From the NCBI GenBank assembly GCA_017527155.1, contig JAFXQI010000042.1:67600-131599 (forward strand): DNA of 64,000 nt. Direction: 5' to 3'. The DNA comes from Kiritimatiellia bacterium. GTDB lineage: Bacteria > Verrucomicrobiota > Kiritimatiellia > CAIQIC01 > Lenti-01. Shown piece after piece: positions 44,316-53,356 of the stretch; positions within the stretch are counted from its first letter, which is position 1, and each line of letters starts with the position of its first letter. The position numbers were made by a program, and so were the translations under genes. The notes below the pieces were generated by a model that saw nothing but the letters and a program-made list of their open reading frames with translations, did not search any database and was not told the DNA's origin.

Positions 44316-46142
44316 ATGGTGCATATAGAAGCCATGAGCGAGTCGGACATCCATGACAGGCGGGCGAATGCGGTTGCCGGCGGCATCGTGGCGCCCGGTG
44401 TGTGCCTCTGGGGACGATACGAAGTGGTCGATCCCCTGGGGGAGGGCGTCCTGGGCCGCCTGTGGGTCTGCCGCGACCTGCAGGATGACGGCGCCCCCGT
44501 GGTGCTGCGCTGGCTGCCGCCGGACGTACGGAGGTCGCGGGCCCTGCTCGCCGTCCTGCACGAGAACATCCGCAAGCTCGCGGACAGCACGCATCCGAAC
44601 GTGGCGCCGGTGCGCCAGATGGTGTACGCGGGGAACGAAGTCTTCCTCCTGGGCGACTACGCGCCCGGCGTCCCCCTCTCCGAATGGGCCGAGGGGCTGG
44701 AAGCGGAACGCGGCGGGCGGCGGCCGTCCCTCGGCGAACTGCTGCCGGTGCTCGAGCAGGCCGCCGATGCCCTGGACTACGTGCACGCCCGCGATGCGGC
44801 ACACGGGAACCTGACGCCGGCGAACGTGTTCGTGGACGGGGACGGGGCGGTGCGGGTGACGGACTTCGGGCTCGCGTTCGGCCGCCACACGTCCGTACGG
44901 CGCGCGGAGGATGCATCCGGCGGCGGCGCGGAGGCGGAGGCCCTCGCGACCGCGTTCCGGGCCCCGGAACAGCGCGCCGGATCGGGTGCGGACTCGGCCG
45001 CCGACCAGTACTCGCTGGCGGCGCTCGCGTGCTGGACGATGACCGGCCACGCCACCCCCGCGGATGCCGACTGGGCGGCCTGGCCGCCGAATGCGCGGGC
45101 GGCATTCCGCCGGGCACTGCATCCGAAGCCGGGCAAGCGGTTCGTGTCGTGTTTCGACTTCGTGCGGGCGTTGCGCGGGGAACGCGTCGGGGGGCGGCGC
45201 AAGGGATCGGCCGAGGCGCGCCGGAAGGCGCAGCGCTTCGCGGGGATCGCCGCGGGCGTGGTCGCGCTGGTCGCCCTGGGCGCCGGTGCGGTGCTGGGCA
45301 TCGCACGGGCCCTCAACGGCCGCTCCATCGTGGAGGCGGTGACGGCGGAGCGCCCCGAGGCGGCGGAAACGCCCGTGACCTACGCGGCGCGAAACACGCA
45401 GCCGGTCAAGCCGCTGGTGGCGGAGACGCCGCTGCCGACGGAAGGCAAGCCGTGGGTGGCGTCCACGGTGCCGATGCAGTTCGTGTGGGTGTTCGAGATG
45501 CAGATGTGGATCGGGCGGTTCGAGGTCACCAACGAGGAATACCTCGAGATGAACCCGAACCACGAAAGCGGCCGCTTCGTCAGCCCGAAAGGTTCGATGG
45601 CGGTGTCGCTGGAAGGGAAGAACCATCCGGTCGTGGGCGTGAATTTCGCGGAAGCCTACCGCTACGCGCGGTGGCTGACGGAGCGCGAGCGCGAGGCCGG
45701 GAAGCTGCCGGAGGGCTGGGCGTACCGCCTGCCGTCCGCGGCGGAAGCGGAGGCCTACATCCGGGCCGGCACGGACGCGGAGTACCCGTGGGGCGACGAG
45801 CTGCCGCCGGTGCGCGGCAACTACGCGGACGACACGCTCGCGGCCGTCTTTTCCGACATGCCGGTCATCGAAGGCTACCGCGACGGCGCCATCTGCACCG
45901 CCGAGGTCCAGGAAAGCGGCGAGAACGCGTGGGGCCTCTTCGGCGCGAACGGCAACGTGTGGGAAACCGCCTCGCGCGGGCCGGGCGACTCCCATTTCGG
46001 TGGCTGGTTCGGCGGAGCGTGGGACGACTGGCAACCGAGCCGGCTCCGCGCCGATGCCCGCTACGGTTTCCGCGGCGACGCCCACGGCATGGTCAACGGC
46101 TTCCGGCTCGTGCTCGCGCCGGTTGCCGCCCCGCACGAGTGA
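44316..46142 (+). CDS. Ser/Thr protein kinase-like domain (predicted pseudokinase) fused to a formylglycine-generating-enzyme (FGE/SUMF1)-like domain that lacks the catalytic cysteines
   Basis: Start MVHIEAMSE (M29 of ORF 44232..46142; alternative 44334). The kinase fold retains the Gly loop LGEGVLG, DFG (VTDFGLA) and APE (FRAPEQ). The beta3 Lys is replaced by Arg (VVLRWL) and HRD by HGN (HGNLTPAN). The C-terminal FGE fold (GKNHPVVGVNFAEAYRYARWLTERE...GFRLV) has no Cys pair. A TM helix (GIAAGVVALVALGAGAVLGIA) separates the two domains. Confidence 0.6.
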   Translation: MVHIEAMSESDIHDRRANAVAGGIVAPGVCLWGRYEVVDPLGEGVLGRLWVCRDLQDDGAPVVLRWLPPDVRRSRALLAVLHENIRKLADSTHPNVAPVRQMVYAGNEVFLLGDYAPGVPLSEWAEGLEAERGGRRPSLGELLPVLEQAADALDYVHARDAAHGNLTPANVFVDGDGAVRVTDFGLAFGRHTSVRRAEDASGGGAEAEALATAFRAPEQRAGSGADSAADQYSLAALACWTMTGHATPADADWAAWPPNARAAFRRALHPKPGKRFVSCFDFVRALRGERVGGRRKGSAEARRKAQRFAGIAAGVVALVALGAGAVLGIARALNGRSIVEAVTAERPEAAETPVTYAARNTQPVKPLVAETPLPTEGKPWVASTVPMQFVWVFEMQMWIGRFEVTNEEYLEMNPNHESGRFVSPKGSMAVSLEGKNHPVVGVNFAEAYRYARWLTEREREAGKLPEGWAYRLPSAAEAEAYIRAGTDAEYPWGDELPPVRGNYADDTLAAVFSDMPVIEGYRDGAICTAEVQESGENAWGLFGANGNVWETASRGPGDSHFGGWFGGAWDDWQPSRLRADARYGFRGDAHGMVNGFRLVLAPVAAPHE

Positions 46143-46265
46143 GGAACACCCGCACGGCGGGGTGGGGGGAGGGACAACGGCAAGCCCCGCCTTTTCCGGC
46201 GGGGCTTGAGTTCAAGCATGCAAGGGTTTCTCCATGCCATGTTCGGCATGGTGTGCGGTTCGATG

Positions 46266-47576
46266 TCAGCGGCCGATGCGTTCGACGACGAGGGGCTCGG
46301 CGGGGGCCGGGGCGTCGGCGATGGCGAAAGCGTCGCGGACGTAGGCGAGGGCCTGGTCGAGCTTGCCCGGGTCGTTGGCGTGGATGGTCGCGAGACGGTC
46401 GCCCTTGGATACGGTCTGGCCGACCTTCGCGAGGTTGGAGAGGCCGACGGCGAAGTCGATGCCGTCGTCGGTCTTCTGGCGGCCGCCTCCGAGGACGAGG
46501 GAGGCGCGGCCGATTCCGTCGGCGTCGACGCGGGCGAGGATGCCGGAGGCGGGGGCGACGTAGTCGTGCACGATGGAGGCCGTGGGGAGCTTGGAGAAGT
46601 CGTCGAGGGCGGAGGGATCGCCGCCCTGGAGGGCGGTCATCTTCTTGAAGCATTCGAAGGCGGCGCCGGAACGGAGCAGGCCGAGCAGGATGTCGTTGGC
46701 TTCGGCTTCGGAGGAGGCCTTCCCGGCGAGCTGGAGCATCTCGGCGGTCAGGCGGAGCGTCACCTGCATGAGGTCGCCGTCGAGGTGCTGCCCTTGCAGG
46801 CATTCCATGGACTCGATGATTTCCAGCGAGTTGCCGACGGCCTGGCCGAGGGGCTGGTTCATGGAGGTGATGAAGGCGGTGATGTTCTTGCCCATCGCTT
46901 CGCCGACGCGGACCATCGACTCGGCGAGCTCGCGGGCGGCGGCGACGGACTTCATGAAGGCGCCGGTGCCCCATTTGACGTCGAGGACGAGCGAGTCGAT
47001 GCCCTCGGCGAGCTTCTTGCACATGATGGAGGCGGTGATGAGCGGGATGGAGGGGACGGTGGCGGTGACGTCGCGCAGGGCGTAGAGCTTCTTGTCGGCG
47101 GGGGCGACGTCGCCGGTCTGGCCCATCATGGAGAAGCCGCAGGCCTGGATGATCTCGATGAAGCGCTTCTCGGTGAGGTCGGTGCGGAAGCCGGGGATGG
47201 ACGCGAGCTTGTCGAGCGTGCCGCCGGTGATGCCGAGACCGCGGCCGGAAATCATGGGCACGGCGACGCCCGCGGCGGCGGCGAGGGGGGCGAGGACGAT
47301 GGAAACCTTGTCGCCGATGCCGCCGGTGGAATGCTTGTCCACCTTGGGGAGGGAGATGGCGGACGTGTCGATGACGTCGCCGGTGTGGAGCATGGTGTCG
47401 GTGAGGGCGGCGATTTCGGCGGGGGTCATGCCCTTGAAGTAGATGGCCATCGCCATGGCGGCCATCTGGTAGTCGGGGATGCGGCCGGCGGTGTAGCCTT
47501 GGATGAAGTCGCGGATTTCGTCCGCTTCGAGAACCTGGCCGTCGCGTTTCTTTTCGATGATCCATTGGGGTACCAT
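46266..47576 (-). CDS. deoA: Thymidine (pyrimidine-nucleoside) phosphorylase
   Basis: Start MVPQWIIEKKRDGQVL (M23 of ORF 46266..47642). The motifs DKHSTGGIGDK and ISGRGLGITGGTLDKL are present over 437 aa. Confidence 0.8.
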   Translation of the reverse strand: MVPQWIIEKKRDGQVLEADEIRDFIQGYTAGRIPDYQMAAMAMAIYFKGMTPAEIAALTDTMLHTGDVIDTSAISLPKVDKHSTGGIGDKVSIVLAPLAAAAGVAVPMISGRGLGITGGTLDKLASIPGFRTDLTEKRFIEIIQACGFSMMGQTGDVAPADKKLYALRDVTATVPSIPLITASIMCKKLAEGIDSLVLDVKWGTGAFMKSVAAARELAESMVRVGEAMGKNITAFITSMNQPLGQAVGNSLEIIESMECLQGQHLDGDLMQVTLRLTAEMLQLAGKASSEAEANDILLGLLRSGAAFECFKKMTALQGGDPSALDDFSKLPTASIVHDYVAPASGILARVDADGIGRASLVLGGGRQKTDDGIDFAVGLSNLAKVGQTVSKGDRLATIHANDPGKLDQALAYVRDAFAIADAPAPAEPLVVERIGR

Positions 47577-47710
47577 GGGAATGTCCTTTCGTAGTGGGTT
47601 GCCGATGGCCCGGATTGTGCCGCAAGGGGTGGGGAAAAGCAAGCCCGATGGAAGGGCGGGCGCAGCCCGAAAACGTCAGGGCGCGGACGGGTATGGCGTG
47701 GGGGCGTGTT

Positions 47711-48571
47711 TCACGGAAGAACCGTACCGCTCGCCCATCCGGCCAGCGCCTCCCGGCGCAGTGCTTCCAGTTTCGGGGGCAGGTCGCCGGCCTGCACGAA
47801 ATCCGCCAGCTCGCGGCGGGTGTTCTCCGCCAAGGTCTCGTCTAGGGGCTTGCCTCCGCCGCGTCCCGGACGCGGCAGGCGCCGCACCCCCAGCGCCCCG
47901 TCCACATGCGATTGCAGGCGGCTGAAGTTCCAGTGTGCCCTGAGCAGGCGCGCGAGGCGGCGTCGGGCCGCCGCGCAATGCGCCTGCAACGCCTCCGGCA
48001 CGGCCGCGGAAGCCTCCGCGCCCGGCAGCAACCATTCCAGCGGCAGCCGTTCGTCCAGACCCAGTAGCGCGCGGAGGCGGACGGCGAGACGCATGTAGCG
48101 CATGAGGGTCGAGTAGTTCATTCCGACGCGGTTGTCCTCCAGCCAGCCCCGGACGCCGCGGCCGCGGCCGCGGATGCGCTTTGCGCCCGTCGGCGAGATG
48201 TCGTAGTGGTTGCCGCGGTCGAGCGTCGGTGCCAGGTCCGCCAAGCGCGACCCGATCCGCAGGCGCACCGTCAGGGTCCGCGGGCGCACCGCCGCATCGG
48301 AGGCGAATTCCTCCGGCGTCGGCGTCCCGCGCAGGGAGGGCGATGGCGGGCGCGGCGCCCTCAGACGCGTCCGGCGGCGCAATTCGGAGAGGATGGCGCG
48401 TCCGGTGGCTCCGGCAATCCAGCTGCCGAGGGCCGCCGCCGAGAGGGCCGCGACACCGGCGAGGGCGGCGGGGACGAGGACGGGGAGGGCCAGGGAGCCG
48501 ACGTAGAACCGGGCGGTGTCGCCGGCGATGCCGGCAGCCTCCCGGAGAGCGTATTTGCAGGTGTTGTTCAT
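47711..48571 (-). CDS. Hypothetical membrane-anchored protein, paralog family copy 3
   Basis: Start [23 protein letters not shown] (M28 of ORF 47711..48652). About 70 % identity to copies 1 and 2. The stop lies 135 nt upstream of deoA. Confidence 0.55.
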   Translation of the reverse strand: MNNTCKYALREAAGIAGDTARFYVGSLALPVLVPAALAGVAALSAAALGSWIAGATGRAILSELRRRTRLRAPRPPSPSLRGTPTPEEFASDAAVRPRTLTVRLRIGSRLADLAPTLDRGNHYDISPTGAKRIRGRGRGVRGWLEDNRVGMNYSTLMRYMRLAVRLRALLGLDERLPLEWLLPGAEASAAVPEALQAHCAAARRRLARLLRAHWNFSRLQSHVDGALGVRRLPRPGRGGGKPLDETLAENTRRELADFVQAGDLPPKLEALRREALAGWASGTVLP

Positions 48572-48632
48572 GGGCGGGAGCTTGGGGAAGGGACGGTGGA
48601 AAGTCAAGGATTTTTCCTGTGTGCAAACGTGA
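48572..48632 (-). promoter_or_regulatory. Conserved upstream element of the paralog family, copy 3
   Basis: Gene orientation reads CACGTTTGCACACAGGAAAAATCCTTGACT-TTCCACCGTCCCTTCCC-CAAGCT-CCCGCCC-ATG. Confidence 0.35.
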
Positions 48633-48742
48633 AAAAGGGGACAGCATGGCAACCTTGAACCGATCCCTTTTCCCGGCCTGCACCCGGTCAGGGCGGACGA
48701 AGGGAAAGAGGAACGGAAGGGGTGGAAGGGGCGGCGGCGGGG

Positions 48743-50314
48743 TCAGAGGCCGCGGAAGTCGGGGCCGTTGCCGTGGACGGGGGTGGTCCAGCGGATGGCG
48801 TCGGAGGGGCACTTGAGGGTGCAGGTGCGGCACTGGAGGCAGTTTTCGTGGCGGATGCGGATGGGCGGGGCGTCCGCGGGGGCGCCATCGGGGGCGCGTT
48901 CGTAGACGGCGGCGGGGCAGAAGCGGGTGCAGGGGGCGCCGTAGCGGGCGATGCAGTCGCGGCAGGGGGAGGGATCGGGGATGGAGATGTGGGAGGGGGT
49001 GCCGTCGCGGTAGGAGAGGTTGGCGAGGTAGAGGTCGGAGTCGATGCCGAGGTCCAGCGGGCCGGACTCGGGGCGCGGCGCCGGGGGCGCGGCCTTGGCG
49101 GGACGCAGGCAATGGCGTTCGTCGCGCTGGGCGATGCGTCCGGGCGGGAGGAGTCCGCGCGTGATCCAGGCGAGTCCGGCCATGCCCATGCCGACGGGGA
49201 GGCCGCCGCGGAAGGCGGCGCGGTAGTTCTTCGTGCGGCGGAGGCCGTCGAGCGAGGGGATGCCGTCGCCGGGCGGCAGGGCGTTGGCGGGCACGGGCAG
49301 GCCGCGGTCGCGCAGGATGCCGTCGGCGGCGTCGATGCCGGATTCGATGGCCAGGTGCAGGCCCTTGAGTTCCATGGCGTCGACGAGCCCGGCGGCGTCG
49401 CCGACGATGCGCACGCCGGGCGCGGCGGGGGCGGTGCGGGAGAACCAGCCGCCTTCGGGGATGAGGCGGGCGCCGTAGGCGACGGGCTTGCCGCCGGCGG
49501 TTTCGCGGCGGATCAGCGGGTGGGTTTTCCAGCGGCGGAAGAGTTCGTGGGGGTCGAAGCCCGGGTCGGTCGAATCGAGCGCGACGGCGAGTCCGAGGGC
49601 GATCCGGTCGGGCGCGGTGCGGTAGAGGAACCCGCCGCCGTAGAGGCTCCACGGCAGCGGCCAGCCGAAGGTGTGCAGGACGCGGCCGGTCTTGTCCGGA
49701 TCGGCGGGGACTTCGAGGACTTCCTTGACGCCCACCGCGTAGGTCTGGAGGTTGGGGCCGCGCAAGGCGGGATTCCGCTTGAGCAGTTCGGCCGCCAGCA
49801 GTCCGGCGGGGCCCTCGGCGAGGACGGTGCAGGCGGCGCCGATTTCGTCGCCGTCGCTGGCGACGCCGGCCACGCGGTCGCCGTCCCAGAGCAGGGTGTC
49901 GGCGGTCTGGGAAGTGACGATTTCGACGCCGAGCCCCGCCGCGATCTCCGCCAGCGCGCGCGCCACGGCCCCGACGTCGAGCATCGGCAGGCCTTTCATC
50001 CGCATCTTGGGCGGCACGAACGGCAGGCGCAGCGAGAAGCCGGGCAGGAGCGCGTGGAAATGGTCGGCGACGACCACCGGTCCCAGCGGCAAGGCGCCCC
50101 GCTCCTCCGGCGTCAGCAGGCGGTCCAGCGCGCGGGGGCGCAGCACGGCCCCCGACAGCAGATGCCCGCCGATGCGCGACGCCTTCTCCAGCAGCAGCAC
50201 GGAAAGCTTCCCCTCCGACGCCCGCGCGAGCCGTATCGCGCAGGCGAGCCCCGCGAACCCGCCGCCCACGATCAGGACGTCGGTCTCCAGCCGGTCGGCG
50301 GCGGCGGCGCTCAC
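48743..50314 (-). CDS. Electron-transfer-flavoprotein:ubiquinone oxidoreductase-like protein (FixC/ETF-QO family with a C-terminal 4Fe-4S domain)
   Basis: GTG start (VSAAAADRLETDVLIVGGGFAGLACAIRLA, FAD-binding GxGxxG). The C-terminal CRDCIARYGAPCTRFCP...CLQCRTCTLKCP is ferredoxin-like. The GTG overlaps the BtpA-family stop (GTGA). Confidence 0.7.
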   Translation of the reverse strand: MSAAAADRLETDVLIVGGGFAGLACAIRLARASEGKLSVLLLEKASRIGGHLLSGAVLRPRALDRLLTPEERGALPLGPVVVADHFHALLPGFSLRLPFVPPKMRMKGLPMLDVGAVARALAEIAAGLGVEIVTSQTADTLLWDGDRVAGVASDGDEIGAACTVLAEGPAGLLAAELLKRNPALRGPNLQTYAVGVKEVLEVPADPDKTGRVLHTFGWPLPWSLYGGGFLYRTAPDRIALGLAVALDSTDPGFDPHELFRRWKTHPLIRRETAGGKPVAYGARLIPEGGWFSRTAPAAPGVRIVGDAAGLVDAMELKGLHLAIESGIDAADGILRDRGLPVPANALPPGDGIPSLDGLRRTKNYRAAFRGGLPVGMGMAGLAWITRGLLPPGRIAQRDERHCLRPAKAAPPAPRPESGPLDLGIDSDLYLANLSYRDGTPSHISIPDPSPCRDCIARYGAPCTRFCPAAVYERAPDGAPADAPPIRIRHENCLQCRTCTLKCPSDAIRWTTPVHGNGPDFRGL

Positions 50315-51135
50315 GGCTCCGCCCCTTCCACGGCGGCGAGGACGGCGCGGATGCGGCCGGCGTCGAGCGGATTCTTCCAGTCGCCGCCGTGCTTGAAATA
50401 CGATCCGACGACCAGCGCGTCGGCCAGCGGCGCGTACGCCGCCGCGTTCTCCGCGGTGATGCCCGAGCCGACGATCACGGGGATCCGCACCGCCGCCCCC
50501 ACCGCCCGCAGCTCCTCCAGGCTCGCGCTCTCGCCGGTGGCGGCGCCGGTCACGATGACGCCGTCCGACAGGAAATACTCCGCCGCGCGCGCCGTCTGCG
50601 CGATGTCCACGTCGGCCGTCGCGGCGTGGGCGGAATGCTTTTTCTTGATGTCGGTGAAGACCGCGATGCGCTCCGCCCCGATCGCGCGGCGGTACCGGAG
50701 GAGACGGCCCGCGCAGGCGTCCATCCATCCCTCGTCCGCGACGTGCCCGAAAACGAACCCCTCCGCCCGCACGAAATCGGCCCCGCCCGCCAGCGCCACC
50801 GCCAGCGCCGCCTCGTTCGCGCCGGCGAGCACCTGCACGCCGAGCGGCATGTCCGGCTGCGCGCGGCGGACCTCGCGGACGAGCACCGCCATCGCGGCCG
50901 TGATTTCCGGTCCGGGCCGCTGCACGTACGGCACGTCGTGCATGTTCTCGAGCATGAGCGCGTGGATGCCGCACTCCCGGTAGAGCGCCGCCTCGGCGAG
51001 CGCGTGGTCGACGAGCGCGCCGAAGCCGCCCGCCGCGTCGTGGCGCGGCGTGCCCGGCAGCGCGTGGACGTGGATCATGCCGATGACGCTGCACCGGAGG
51101 GGGCCGAACAACCGTTGGAACGCTTCCGTCTTCAT
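50311..51135 (-). CDS. BtpA/SgcQ family TIM-barrel protein
   Basis: Start MKTEAFQRLFGPLRCSVIGMIHVHALPGTPRHD (M34 of ORF 50311..51234) is a BtpA-like N-terminus; 275 aa. Confidence 0.6.
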   Translation of the reverse strand: MKTEAFQRLFGPLRCSVIGMIHVHALPGTPRHDAAGGFGALVDHALAEAALYRECGIHALMLENMHDVPYVQRPGPEITAAMAVLVREVRRAQPDMPLGVQVLAGANEAALAVALAGGADFVRAEGFVFGHVADEGWMDACAGRLLRYRRAIGAERIAVFTDIKKKHSAHAATADVDIAQTARAAEYFLSDGVIVTGAATGESASLEELRAVGAAVRIPVIVGSGITAENAAAYAPLADALVVGSYFKHGGDWKNPLDAGRIRAVLAAVEGAEP

Positions 51136-51423
51136 GCTGGATCTCCTGTTCCCCTCATACCACGCCCCGCCTGCCGCCGCAAGCGCGCGACAGCCGGAGC
51201 GGCGGACCGGGGGCGGGGGAGAGGCCGGTGCCAATACTTTTGGAAATAGGAAAATTCTTGATATTTCCCCCCTTTTTCAGTCATCCTCCCCTGCATGAAC
51301 GACAGGGGGGGCTGGGGCTGCCGAGGCGGGGGGGGCGGAGGCTGCGGGGGGGGCGGAAGAAGCGGGCGGAAGGAGCGCGAGATGGGGCTTCCGGCGGGAG
51401 GGAAAGGGTGGTAAGGTGAAGGC

Positions 51424-52779
51424 ATGAGCGACGTCACGTTCCTGGTATTGTTTCTCGGCCTCACGGCGGTGATGGCGGTGTTCCCGCTGGCGATGAAGCG
51501 GGCGGGGGTGCCGTCGGTCATTTCGCTGCTCGTGGTGGGGATGCTGGTCGGGGATACGGGAATCGGGCTGGACCTGATTCCGCGGCTGGCGCGGGCGATC
51601 GATTTCCTGGTGGGCTCCACGGCGGGGGCGGCGGAGACGGCGCGGGCGTTCACGCTGTTCATCGACAAGCTCGGGGCGCTGGGGCTGATGTTCTTGATGG
51701 CACTGGCGGGGATGGAGGCGGACTTCAAGCTGGTGGGAACGTGCCGGAAGCCGGTGATGTGGCTGAGCGTGCTGACGTTCTTCGTTCCGGCGGCGGGCGG
51801 CTTCTTCCTGTACCGGCATTATTTCCCGGAGGCGGTGGCGGGACAGGTGCTGTACGCGTCGCTGTTCGCGTCGCATTCGGTGGGCATCGTGTTCCCGGTG
51901 ATGCGGGAGCTGGGGCTGACGCGGACGCGGTTCGGGGTGTCGGTGCTGGTGGCGACGGTGGTGACGGACGTGGCGTCGATCCTGCTGCTGGCGGTGGCGG
52001 TGCAGCTGCAAGGGCAGGTGGGGGCGGCGGGCGGCGTGGGGTCGCTGTCGATCCTGGAACGCCACGCGGAGGTGCTGGGCGGGCATTACATGGCGGTGTT
52101 TGCGGCGGCGGCGGCGCTGTACGTGGTGGTGGCGGTGCTGGGGGTGCGGCGGATCGGAAGGGCGGCGGTGCGACGGGTGGGGCCGGGGGAGGACGTGATG
52201 GTGACGCTGATGCTGCTGATCATCTTGTTCGCGGCGCTGGCGGGGGAGTTGGTGGGGATCAATTTCATCGTGGGCTCGTTCATCGCGGGGTTGGGGCTGT
52301 CGCGGGTGGTGCGGCAGCAGGACATGCGGCTGTTCAGGCGGTTCGAGAGCATCGGGTACGGGTTCCTGATTCCGTTCCTGTTCGTGTCGATCGGGATGAA
52401 GACGGACTTCCGGGTGTTCGCGCGTCCGGGGTCGGTGGAGATCATCGTGCTGACGATCGCGGTGCTGGTGGGGACGAAGCTGTTGTCGGGCTACGCGGCG
52501 CTGCGGGCGTGCGGGTTCGGGCGGCGCGCGGGGCTGGCGGCGGGGTTGATGACGGTGCCGCAGCTGTCGGCGACGTTGACGGCGGCCGCCATCGGGAAGG
52601 GGCTCGGGATTCTCGACGAGCGGTTCTTCAATGCGGTGATCGTGCTGTCGATCGTGACGACGCTGCCGGTGCCGTCGATGGTGCGGGCGCTGCTGTTCAA
52701 ACGGGGCGTGCGGCGCGGGAACGCGGGAACGGGGGATTTCGCGATCCCGGACGTGGTGCAGGACGAGGATTTGTTGTGA
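51424..52779 (+). CDS. Cation:proton antiporter (CPA2-type Na+/H+ exchanger family)
   Basis: A 451-aa polytopic membrane protein with CPA fold repeats (LGLMFLMALAGMEADF, GSFIAGLGLS). Confidence 0.75.
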   Translation: MSDVTFLVLFLGLTAVMAVFPLAMKRAGVPSVISLLVVGMLVGDTGIGLDLIPRLARAIDFLVGSTAGAAETARAFTLFIDKLGALGLMFLMALAGMEADFKLVGTCRKPVMWLSVLTFFVPAAGGFFLYRHYFPEAVAGQVLYASLFASHSVGIVFPVMRELGLTRTRFGVSVLVATVVTDVASILLLAVAVQLQGQVGAAGGVGSLSILERHAEVLGGHYMAVFAAAAALYVVVAVLGVRRIGRAAVRRVGPGEDVMVTLMLLIILFAALAGELVGINFIVGSFIAGLGLSRVVRQQDMRLFRRFESIGYGFLIPFLFVSIGMKTDFRVFARPGSVEIIVLTIAVLVGTKLLSGYAALRACGFGRRAGLAAGLMTVPQLSATLTAAAIGKGLGILDERFFNAVIVLSIVTTLPVPSMVRALLFKRGVRRGNAGTGDFAIPDVVQDEDLL

Positions 52780-52906
52780 GGACGGGGCGAGGGGGTAGGG
52801 GAAGGGCGGGGAGAAGGGCGGGGGAGGGGGAAAATCCCACGCAGAGGCGCAGAGAGAGGGAGGCGCAGAGGGCTTGGAGGAGGGAGGGCTTGGAGGAGGG
52901 AGGGGG

Positions 52907-53308
52907 TCAGCCGACGTGGAGGCGGAGGGTGGTGACGGCTTTGGGGCCGAAGCGGGATTGGAGGCGGCGGAGGAGTTCTTGCTGGAGGGGGCCGCGGAGT
53001 TCCATCAGGAGCATGGGGTGGTCGAGGCGGAGGGTCAGGGTGCCTTTTTCGAGCTTGATGGGCTCCGTCAGGCGGCAGAGGGGCGCGCCCGCGATGTCCG
53101 GCCAGGCGTTCTGGACGGCGCGGAGGTCGGCGGCTTCCTTGAGGTGGAGGCTCTCCAGGGCCGCGGGGATGAGGTCGGAAAGGGGGCGGACCGGAGCGGA
53201 GGGGTAGGGGGGGATGGCGTCGGGGCCCAGGCCGTAGCGCTCGCAGTGGACTTGCCATTGGCCGCGGGTGCGGTGGAGGTAGCGGTTGCGGCGGTCGGAG
53301 TCGTTCAT
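52907..53308 (-). CDS. DUF721 domain protein (DciA-like)
   Basis: 133 aa; ...LKEAADLRAVQNAWPDIAGAPLCRLTEPIKLEKGTLTLRLDHPMLLMELR matches the DUF721 pattern. Confidence 0.5.
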   Translation of the reverse strand: MNDSDRRNRYLHRTRGQWQVHCERYGLGPDAIPPYPSAPVRPLSDLIPAALESLHLKEAADLRAVQNAWPDIAGAPLCRLTEPIKLEKGTLTLRLDHPMLLMELRGPLQQELLRRLQSRFGPKAVTTLRLHVG

Positions 53309-53319
53309 GGGGGGGGGGG

Positions 53320-53356
53320 CTAGGTATCTAGGTTTCTAGGTATCTAGGTTTCTAGG
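53320..53356. repeat. AT-rich CTAG palindromic repeat, locus L4: tandem (ctaggtatctaggttt) x2 plus ctagg
   Basis: ctaggtatctaggtttctaggtatctaggtttctagg. It overlaps the TAG stop of the TrmH-family gene and ends about 12 nt upstream of the DUF721 gene ATG. Confidence 0.55.
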
